The translations under genes were made by a program, and so were the position numbers. A stretch of DNA of 64,000 nt, from NCBI RefSeq assembly GCF_024228675.1, contig NZ_CP100461.1, positions 2,103,397 through 2,167,396 of the forward strand, given 5' to 3'. Of this stretch, positions 57,078 through 64,000 are shown one piece after another. Positions within the stretch are counted from its first letter, which is position 1; each line of letters starts with the position of its first letter. Origin of the DNA: Salinigranum marinum. Its GTDB lineage: Archaea; Halobacteriota; Halobacteria; Halobacteriales; Haloferacaceae. The notes beneath the pieces were generated by a model. The model had not been told where the DNA came from. It searched no databases and worked only from the letters and a program-made list of their open reading frames with translations.

Positions 57078-57710
57078 TCAGGCGCCGGGATCGAACCGAA
57101 TGAGGTCGGCGGCCTCGGCGGCGAAGGCAACGGCGTCCGGACCGAACGAGTCGGCGAAGCGGACGAGCAGCGTCAACAGCGTCTCCGGGTTGCGGATGGC
57201 GTAGCCGTCGGTCCGCGAGAGGAGTCCCGCCGCGTCGAGTTCCTTGGCGGTCGTGCTGACGGTCGCCCGCGAGACGTCGAGAGTCGCGGCGATCTCGCTC
57301 CCGGTCGCGTCCGGATCACGGAGGAGGGCGATGAGGAGGCCACGGGCGGTCCCCCGCCGGAGGTAGCCGAGGGCGACCTGCTCGAAGTCGGAGAACTGCC
57401 CCGCCGCGAAGTAACGGCGGTAGTCGCCGTCCTTTCGCGTCTCGACGGCGCCCGCGTCGAGCAGTCGCCGGAGGTGGTGTTGGGTCTCGCCCGTCCCGAG
57501 TTTGAGGTCGTCGCGGACCTTCGAGAAGTGTGCGCCCGGCGTCGTCGCCAGGTAGCCGCGGATGGCCGTCCGCGCCTCGCTCGCATCCGCCCCGGCGTCG
57601 TCACCCTGGTCCCGCCCGCCGAGGCCGACGAGCGGCGTCGCCGCGCCGAGCGCGGCGAACCGGCGGAGCGTCGACCGTTTCTCCTCGTCGACGTCCGGGT
57701 GGTCGGCCAT
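57078..57710 (-). CDS. Helix-turn-helix transcriptional regulator with two wHTH-like modules
   Basis: HLRRLLDAGAV and SEIAATLDVSRATVSTTAKELDAAGLL HTH segments. Confidence 0.55.
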   Translation of the reverse strand: MADHPDVDEEKRSTLRRFAALGAATPLVGLGGRDQGDDAGADASEARTAIRGYLATTPGAHFSKVRDDLKLGTGETQHHLRRLLDAGAVETRKDGDYRRYFAAGQFSDFEQVALGYLRRGTARGLLIALLRDPDATGSEIAATLDVSRATVSTTAKELDAAGLLSRTDGYAIRNPETLLTLLVRFADSFGPDAVAFAAEAADLIRFDPGA

Positions 57711-57816
57711 GGTTCGTCTGTCGGTAGGTGATTACTCGATGAAAAGGCTTCGGGGTATAGTCTCAACATTGAGACTAGTGTCGGTCCGCGTCCACGGACG
57801 GAGCGGGACGAGACGG

Positions 57817-59049
57817 TCAGGATTCGAGGTTCGTGTCGAACTCCATCTCCTCGTCCTCGTCGTCGGGGTCGGGGTCGGGTGCGCCGCCGTCGGTGTCGAC
57901 TTCGGTGATCGCCTCCTCGGCGTCCATCGCCGACTCGTCCGCCTCCGCGACCACTTCGTCGGCGCTCTTGATATCGGCGTCGACGTTGCCGGCCTTGATC
58001 GCCTCGGCCTCCTTCTCCATCTGTTCGACGTCCATCTCGGCGGCCTCGTCGATCTGCCCGAGGATCTCGTCGATGTCGTCGAGCCCGAGCATCCCCCGGG
58101 TCTCCTCGTCGAACTCCAGGCTGTCGAGGCCGGCCTGTTCTTGCACGTCGCTGCCGGTCAACTGTTTGCCGTACCGACCCAGGAGCGAGCTGAGTTCCTG
58201 CGGGAGGACGAACGTCGTCGACTCGCCCTGGCCGATCCGCTCCAGCGTCTCCATCCCCTTGTCGATGATGGCGCGCTCGCCCATCGATTCGGCGGACTTC
58301 GCGCGGAGGACGGTCGAGATGGCGTCACCCTGCGCTTCGAGGATCTGTGACTGCTTCTTCCCCTGGGCGCGGATGATGTTCGACTGCTTCTCACCTTCGG
58401 CGGTCTCGACGGCGGAGCGACGTTCACCCTGCGCTTCGAGGATCATGGCGCGGCGACGGCGCTCGGCGGAGGTCTGCTGCTCCATCGCCTGCTGGACGTC
58501 GGGGCTCGGGTTCACTTCCCGAACTTCCACGGACTCGACCCGGACGCCCCACTCGTCGGTGGGTTCGTCGAGCTCTTTTCGGATTCTCGCGTTGATCTCC
58601 TGGCGCTTGTTCAGTGTGTCGTCCAGTTCCATGTCGCCGAGCACGGCCCGGAGGGTCGTCTGGGCAAGGTTCGAGACGGCCTTCTTGTAGTCGTCCACTT
58701 CCAGAAAGGCCTTCTTCGCGTCCATCACCTTGATGTAAACGACGGCGTCGGCCGTGACGGGCGAGTTGTCGCGGGTGATCGCCTCTTGACGGGGGACGTC
58801 GAGCGTCTGCGTCCGCATGTCGAACGCGTACGTCCGCGAGACGAACGGCGGGATGAAGTTGATACCCGGTTCCAGGAGTTTGCGGTACTCCCCGAACACC
58901 GTGAGCGCCTTCTTCTCGTAGGCGTCGACGATCTCGACCATCGACCACACTGTCGCGATGGCGAGCACGAGGACGAGGAAGCCGATCGCGAAGGTGGCGA
59001 TTCCCAGTCCGAGTTGGAGGGGGACCACTGCGAGTGTTTCGAGGGCCAT
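57817..59049 (-). CDS. SPFH/Band-7 (stomatin/prohibitin-like) membrane protein with a long acidic coiled-coil C-terminus
   Basis: 410 aa from the ATG at 59047-59049. N-terminal TM, SPFH core, Gln/Glu-rich heptads, and an acidic tail DPDPDDEDEEMEF. Confidence 0.85.
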   Translation of the reverse strand: MALETLAVVPLQLGLGIATFAIGFLVLVLAIATVWSMVEIVDAYEKKALTVFGEYRKLLEPGINFIPPFVSRTYAFDMRTQTLDVPRQEAITRDNSPVTADAVVYIKVMDAKKAFLEVDDYKKAVSNLAQTTLRAVLGDMELDDTLNKRQEINARIRKELDEPTDEWGVRVESVEVREVNPSPDVQQAMEQQTSAERRRRAMILEAQGERRSAVETAEGEKQSNIIRAQGKKQSQILEAQGDAISTVLRAKSAESMGERAIIDKGMETLERIGQGESTTFVLPQELSSLLGRYGKQLTGSDVQEQAGLDSLEFDEETRGMLGLDDIDEILGQIDEAAEMDVEQMEKEAEAIKAGNVDADIKSADEVVAEADESAMDAEEAITEVDTDGGAPDPDPDDEDEEMEFDTNLES

Positions 59050-59260
59050 ACTGAGGCTTGGGGCGGTCCGGGCAAAAGGGTTCTCCCGATTCCGGCCGGC
59101 GGTTCGGGGGCAGACGGAGAAAAAACGCCGTCCGAGAACAGCGACCGGCGGGTTCGCGACCGTCGGGAGCCCCGAACGGCGCGACTCCGCGCGACGATCG
59201 ACGACCGATGGACGGCGGTCGATGCGGTCATTTATACGGTTGGTCGACCCACCACGGCCA

Positions 59261-59740
59261 ATGACCGCGACCGTCGAGCCGGGAGACACAGTCGTCCTCG
59301 AGTACGTCGGCCGTTTCGATAGCGGCGGCGTCTTCGACACCTCACACTACGAGGTCGCCGAGGCGCACGGACTCGTCGAGGCACAGGGACGCGAGCAGAG
59401 CGACTACAAGCCCCTGTCGTTCACCGTCGGCGAGGAACGCGTCATCGAGGGGCTCGACGAGGGGCTCGTGGGGCTGTCCGTCGGCGAGGAGACGACGATC
59501 GAGGTGCCGCCCGCGAAGGGGTACGGCGAGTTCGACTCAGACCGGGTACGGGAGTACGACGCGGAGTCGTTCGAGGCGATGGTGGGCCAGGAACCGGAGA
59601 TCGGGCTCCACGTCCACGCCGAGAACGGGCTCCACGGCGACGTGACCGCCATCACCGACGAGGTCGTCGAAGTCGACTTCAATCACGAACTTGCGGGCAA
59701 GACCCTGGTGTTCGAGGTCGAGATCGTCGACGTGCGCTGA
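59261..59740 (+). CDS. FKBP-type peptidyl-prolyl cis-trans isomerase (SlyD-like with an IF insertion)
   Basis: GDTVVLEYVGRF, LVFEVEIVDV motifs. TATA (tcaTTTATAcgg) ~27 nt upstream, indicating a leaderless transcript. Confidence 0.85.
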   Translation: MTATVEPGDTVVLEYVGRFDSGGVFDTSHYEVAEAHGLVEAQGREQSDYKPLSFTVGEERVIEGLDEGLVGLSVGEETTIEVPPAKGYGEFDSDRVREYDAESFEAMVGQEPEIGLHVHAENGLHGDVTAITDEVVEVDFNHELAGKTLVFEVEIVDVR

Positions 59741-59748
59741 TTGGTCGC

Positions 59749-61293
59749 TCACCGCCGCCAGAACGACGGCGTGAAGATCACGAGGACGGACAGCACTTCG
59801 AGCCGGCCGATCCACATCAGCACCACCATGTACAGCTTCGCGGCGTCCGAGAAGGGGAGGAAGCTGTTCATCGGGCCCACGAGCCCGAACCCCGGCCCGA
59901 CGTTGCCGAGCGTCGCGATCGCGACGCTGGCGGCTTCGAGCGCCGAGAGGTCAAGCCCCGTCCGGAGCCCGTCGAGGAAGACCAGCACGGTCGAGGCGAC
60001 GAAGAGGGCGAGGAACGTCATGACGAACACGATCACGCTCCGGATCGTGTCCTCGTCGATCGGCGCGTCCGAGAGCCGAACCGGTCGGACCGCCTCGGGA
60101 TGCACCGTGGTGAAGAGTTCCCGGGCGACCGTCTGCTGGACGACGTACCAGCGGACGATCTTCACCGACCCCGCCGCGGAGCCGGCCGAGCCGCCGAGGA
60201 ACATCGCGAACAGGAGGATCACCTGCGTCGACTGGTCCCACGTATTGAAATCCATACTCGCGTAGCCGGTGGTGGTGACGACGGCGACCGACTGGAAGAG
60301 CCCGTGCCGGAGCGCCCGCTCGGTGTGGCCGGGGATCGTCGCGACGCTCGTCGGGACCACCCCGAGCCCGACCCCCGCGAACAACAGCCCCGCCAAGAGG
60401 AGGCCGACGACGCCCATCGCGCCGAGGTAGCTCCGGAACTCCTTGTTGCCGACGAACCGCTCGGGGCTCCCCCGAAGCGCGTACCAGTAGAGGGCGAAGT
60501 TCGTCCCCGCGACGATCATGAACAGGATGATCGCCCACTGTGCGGCCGGCGAGAACGCCTCGGCGCTCCGGGCCTCCGGCGAGAACCCGCCGGTGGGAAG
60601 CGTCGTCAGCGCGTGAGCGACCGCGTTGTAGAGGTTCATGTTCGGTGCCAGGCCCGCGAGGTGGAGGGCGTAGTACAGCGCCGCGGCGGCCAGGGTGAAG
60701 CCGAGGTAGATCTTCCAGAGGACTTTCGCAGACTCGCGGATCCGTGGCGTGAGCTTCTCGATCGACAGTCCGGGGGACTCCTCGTTCATGAGCTGTGCGC
60801 CCCCGACGGAGAGCTCCGGGAGGACAGCGATCATGAGCACGAGGAGTCCCATCCCGCCGAGCCACTGCGTGAACTGTCGCCACAGCAGAATCGATCGGGT
60901 GTGGCGGTCGAACGAGATCTCGCCCAGCACGGTCGCGCCGGTCGTCGTGAACCCAGACATCGACTCGAACAGCGCGTTGACGGGGTCGGCGACGGTTCCC
61001 TGCCCGGCGATCAGATACGGGATGGTGCCGACCAGCGGGACGACGAGCCACGTGAGGCTGACGACGAGGAACGTCTCGCGGTGGTCGATCTCCGTGCGCG
61101 GGTGGAGCCGTTCGAGCCCGACGCCGATCCCCGCAGTGACGGCGAACATCGCGAGGAACGGGAGCGGGCTCTCGCCGTAGTAGATCGCGACGAGGGCCGG
61201 GAACAGCGGGGCGAGGGCGATGCGCTTGAGAACGGAGCCGACCACCCGGAGGCTCGCCCGGACGTCGACGTACCCGCCGAACAGTGAACCCAT
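59749..61293 (-). CDS. trkH: TrkH/KtrB-family potassium transporter
   Basis: 514 aa. Four repeated M1-P-M2 units with selectivity-filter glycines (TTTGAT, TGGFS, TTTGYA, GNVGPG). Confidence 0.9.
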   Translation of the reverse strand: MGSLFGGYVDVRASLRVVGSVLKRIALAPLFPALVAIYYGESPLPFLAMFAVTAGIGVGLERLHPRTEIDHRETFLVVSLTWLVVPLVGTIPYLIAGQGTVADPVNALFESMSGFTTTGATVLGEISFDRHTRSILLWRQFTQWLGGMGLLVLMIAVLPELSVGGAQLMNEESPGLSIEKLTPRIRESAKVLWKIYLGFTLAAAALYYALHLAGLAPNMNLYNAVAHALTTLPTGGFSPEARSAEAFSPAAQWAIILFMIVAGTNFALYWYALRGSPERFVGNKEFRSYLGAMGVVGLLLAGLLFAGVGLGVVPTSVATIPGHTERALRHGLFQSVAVVTTTGYASMDFNTWDQSTQVILLFAMFLGGSAGSAAGSVKIVRWYVVQQTVARELFTTVHPEAVRPVRLSDAPIDEDTIRSVIVFVMTFLALFVASTVLVFLDGLRTGLDLSALEAASVAIATLGNVGPGFGLVGPMNSFLPFSDAAKLYMVVLMWIGRLEVLSVLVIFTPSFWRR

Positions 61294-61495
61294 TCGTGCG
61301 CCGTGTGTCGGTTCGGTCGGGCCGAAAACGTTTCGTTCGGCCGATACGGGGGGCGACAGGAGGGTTCGAGACGTCGGCCCCGCGAGCGGGAGCCGCGGAC
61401 GGCGTCTCCGCCCGACTGAGACGGTCCCCGTCGGGGGGCCGATCAGACGTGCCGCAACCGGGGCTCATACAAGCTGTGAGCCCGTACCACGGCGC

Positions 61496-61852
61496 ATGGC
61501 GACCCAACTCGCTGACGAGCCGTGTGAGGCGTGCACCTCGGAGGACGAACCGCTCACCGCCGCGGAGTACGCGGAGTATCTCGCCGAGATCGACGACGAC
61601 GTCTGGGAGGTCGTCGACGAGCACCACCTCGACGGGACGTACGCGTTCGACGACTTCCGCGACGCCTTGGAGTTCACCTACGAGATCGGCGAACTCGCCG
61701 AAGAGGAGTGGCACCACCCCGACATCCACCTCCAGTGGGGCGAGGTGCGCGTCGAGATGTGGACCCACAAGATCGACGGCCTACACAAGACCGACTTCGT
61801 GATGGCCGCGCGGATGGACCGCATCCACGAGGAGCACGCGCCCGACTCATAA
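61496..61852 (+). CDS. Pterin-4a-carbinolamine dehydratase (PCD/DCoH)
   Basis: [23 protein letters not shown] matches the PCD signature E-x3-HHP-x6-W-x9-H. Confidence 0.8.
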   Translation: MATQLADEPCEACTSEDEPLTAAEYAEYLAEIDDDVWEVVDEHHLDGTYAFDDFRDALEFTYEIGELAEEEWHHPDIHLQWGEVRVEMWTHKIDGLHKTDFVMAARMDRIHEEHAPDS

Positions 61853-61860
61853 GGGGGTGA

Positions 61861-62469
61861 TCAGCCGGGTTCGGTCTCGGTCTCGTGTTCTCGGTCGACC
61901 TCGCCGTCTCCAGCGTCGACCGTCGCGTTCGCGTTCTGTCGCCCCCGCGCCAGTTCCCGGTCGATCTCGTCTTCGTACTCGGAGACGGGCGTGACGGTGA
62001 CGACGTTCCCGCCGCCGGGGTCGACGACCATCACCTCGGTTCCCACGTCGATCTCGTCGTCCATCGACCGCGCCGAGTAGTAGGGGTTGAAGCCGCCGCC
62101 CTCGAGTTTTATCTCGCCCATCGTCGGGGTGACGCGCTCCGTGACGCGGCCGAACGAGCCCGTCAGCGCGTCCGAGTCGCTCGTTTTTGCGGTTCCTTTC
62201 CCGCCGTAGATGTCGAACTCGCGGTAGCCGTACAGCGACAGCGCGCCGAACAGCAAGACGAGAACACCGAGGACGAGCGGCGACGCGAACGGCCCGATGA
62301 GGAGGCCGACGACGCCGGCGAGCAACAGCGCGACGCCGAGGACGACGAAGTGCGCACCGGGGGCGATGGCCTCCGCCACCGAGAGCCCAAGCCCCGCGAG
62401 GACGAGCAGGAGCGGCAGCGTCTCGGGACCGAGGAGGTCGAGTTGCATCGGGAGGGGCGGTACCGGCAT
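61861..62469 (-). CDS. NfeD-family membrane protein (short form, C-terminal OB-fold)
   Basis: N-terminal TM helices plus a C-terminal beta-barrel (GEIKLEGGGFNPYYSAR...VMVVDPGGGNVVTV). Confidence 0.7.
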   Translation of the reverse strand: MPVPPLPMQLDLLGPETLPLLLVLAGLGLSVAEAIAPGAHFVVLGVALLLAGVVGLLIGPFASPLVLGVLVLLFGALSLYGYREFDIYGGKGTAKTSDSDALTGSFGRVTERVTPTMGEIKLEGGGFNPYYSARSMDDEIDVGTEVMVVDPGGGNVVTVTPVSEYEDEIDRELARGRQNANATVDAGDGEVDREHETETEPG

Positions 62470-62546
62470 GAGTAGGCGTAGGGGCGGACGCCGATTAAGG
62501 GTTGTTCACGACCGGCGTCCGCGTCCGGCGACCGTCGCCCACCCGC

Positions 62547-63881
62547 TCAGCGTTCGGCGTCCGTCGCGGCCGCGTCGAGCACGCCAGTCAGCCGCGAGAG
62601 CGCACCGGGGGTCACCTCGCTCCGCGCCCGTCCCCAGGCGTAGCTGGCGGTCGCCTCCGCGACCTGGTCGGCATCGAGCCTGTCGTGTTCGACCGCGCTC
62701 GTGAGCTCCCGGTCGCCGAACTGGACGTCTCCGACGGCCCCGCGTGCCCAACCTGATGCCACCGACTCCGGGGCCGCATCGCGGGCCGTCTCGACCGCCG
62801 CCAGCGCGTCGAGTTTCTCGCGGCGGACCGGGTCGACGGATCGGGGGACGCCGTACCTGCCGCGGTCGACGGCCCGCCGGACGCGGTCGAGCGCCCGGAG
62901 GTCGCGGTCGAGCGTCGCAGCGGTGAGGACGGTGGTCGCGACGCCCTGCCGCTCGCGGGCCTCGTCGGCGTCGCGACAGCGCCACTCGACCTCCGAGAAC
63001 GCCCCCCGGAGCAGGGGACGGGCGACCGTGTGTGCGAGGTCGCGGTCGAACCGTGACTCCCACCCGTCGGAGCGCGGATCCGGACACTGCGCGGTGGCGT
63101 CCGCGACGAGCACCCGGGCGGTCCGATCGAAGACGCCGCCCAGCGGGCGCGGGGCGGCGAGTCCCTCGACGAATCGGTCGTAGTAGTACGTCGCGTTCTC
63201 CGCGGCCGTCCGGGCGAGTTCGACGGTGCCGGCGATCGATCCGACGTGGAGGACGTGGTTCTCGTCGGGCCGGCCATCCCTCTCGACGCGTTCGAGCGTC
63301 CGCTCGGCGTAGTCGACACGCGATTCGAGTTCGCGGTGCACCGAGAGCGCGACCGCGAGGTCGTCGCCGACGTACCGCCACCGGTCGCGGAGCCCTGCCA
63401 GGCGCTCGCGGACCGGCTCCCGCCGTGCGAGCACGTCCTCACGCGTCACCTCGCCCTCGAACGCGGCGTAGACGGCGCTGACGTCGGCCGCGTACCACCG
63501 GGCCGACTGGAGGTCGTCGAGGCGCTCGTACGGGCTCTGTGCGTCGTGGGCCCGTTCCAGCGCCTCGACGGCCTCCTCGTAGCGCTCGGTGTACTCGCGC
63601 GCGGCGGCCTCGTTCGGGATATCGGGAGTTTCGGGGGCCGACGCGAGCAACGACCGCGCCCGGTTGCGGTTGGCCGCGACGTGGTCCGCGCCGATCTCGA
63701 CCGGGAACGTCCGCGGGATCGTCGGCGTGCCGATGTCGACGACCCCCCGCAACGCGTCACCACCGTACGACACGTCGGGCTCCGCCGGACGGCCGTCGTC
63801 GAGGGCGAACACGGCGGAGATGCCGACGCCCAGCCCGGCGGCGAGCAGCACCGACCGGCGCGTCGGATCGACGTCGCTCAC
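62547..63881 (-). CDS. Tat-secreted hypothetical protein (444 aa)
   Basis: Twin-arginine signal PTRRSVLLAAGLGVGISAVFA. Arg/Glu-rich helical composition; no catalytic motif found. GTG start overlapping the upstream TGA. Confidence 0.55.
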   Translation of the reverse strand: MSDVDPTRRSVLLAAGLGVGISAVFALDDGRPAEPDVSYGGDALRGVVDIGTPTIPRTFPVEIGADHVAANRNRARSLLASAPETPDIPNEAAAREYTERYEEAVEALERAHDAQSPYERLDDLQSARWYAADVSAVYAAFEGEVTREDVLARREPVRERLAGLRDRWRYVGDDLAVALSVHRELESRVDYAERTLERVERDGRPDENHVLHVGSIAGTVELARTAAENATYYYDRFVEGLAAPRPLGGVFDRTARVLVADATAQCPDPRSDGWESRFDRDLAHTVARPLLRGAFSEVEWRCRDADEARERQGVATTVLTAATLDRDLRALDRVRRAVDRGRYGVPRSVDPVRREKLDALAAVETARDAAPESVASGWARGAVGDVQFGDRELTSAVEHDRLDADQVAEATASYAWGRARSEVTPGALSRLTGVLDAAATDAER

Positions 63882-64000
63882 GACTCCCCCTCCCGTCGGC
63901 GGGGCCGTTCACAGTTCCCACCGCTCCCGACGGTGTACGGGCCGACGTCGTCGGTCGCCATCAGGAAGCGGACGAACGCGGCGACGACCGCGCGGTCGTC
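63878..64000 (-). CDS. 3' end (last 40 codons) of an unidentified gene running off the window
   Basis: In-frame ...DDRAVVAAFVRFLMATDDVGPYTVGSGGNCERPRRREGE* with a TGA overlapping the next gene's GTG. Confidence 0.3.
   Translation of the reverse strand, partial: DDRAVVAAFVRFLMATDDVGPYTVGSGGNCERPRRREGES

Noticed and set aside
59951-61768. 605-aa minus-strand ORF in an alternative frame over trkH
   Set aside because: Out-of-frame overlap of the TrkH gene, Arg/Pro/Gly-rich. TrkH has clear selectivity-filter motifs in its own frame.
1-64000. CRISPR arrays, IS elements/transposases, integrases, rRNA operons
   Set aside because: I searched by eye for regularly spaced repeats, DDE/HUH transposase motifs and rRNA-like conserved blocks and found none. 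The repeats present are short local tandem or inverted repeats only.

Overview
This is a high-GC (~65-70%) haloarchaeal chromosomal segment with dense, mostly core-genome coding. Gene order is reminiscent of Haloferax-type chromosomes: a lonB-abi pair, trpCBA next to aroA'/aroB'/aroD, an orphan Zim-like MTase, tfb and an aglD-like gene. I call about 60 protein genes:
- DNA repair and replication: mre11 (C-terminal fragment), rad50, and an intein-containing family-B DNA polymerase.
- Fe-S assembly and central metabolism: sufCBD, archaeal FBP aldolase/phosphatase, egsA (G1P dehydrogenase), thrC, nadM.
- Proteostasis and signalling: thermosome, LonB + CPBP (Abi) protease, S9 and M42 peptidases, halocyanin, a REC-GAF response regulator, a DtxR regulator coupled to a UPF0016 transporter, TrkH, an SPFH protein, NfeD, an FKBP isomerase, TFB, a cold-shock protein, and several glycosyltransferases and methyltransferases.
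No rRNA, tRNA, CRISPR array or transposase was recognised.
The most notable items:
- a 439-aa LAGLIDADG intein in the polB YGDTDS motif;
- an animal-type (peroxidase-cyclooxygenase superfamily) heme peroxidase between polB and suf;
- a KaiC-like pseudo-ATPase with a destroyed P-loop, translationally coupled to a REC-GAF regulator;
- an MGMT homologue whose active-site Cys is replaced by Asp;
- a perfect 18-bp palindrome on the trpC start codon;
- an SDR gene embedded in the archaeal DKFP-pathway aro cluster;
- an orphan beta-class amino-MTase alongside strong apparent CTAG depletion;
- a ~575-bp gene-free, highly self-complementary region downstream of the thermosome gene (candidate structured RNA).
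Many long ORFs in the six-frame track are antisense or alternative-frame artefacts of high GC and are rejected. The track also reports GTG/TTG starts as M; I refined starts where I could.
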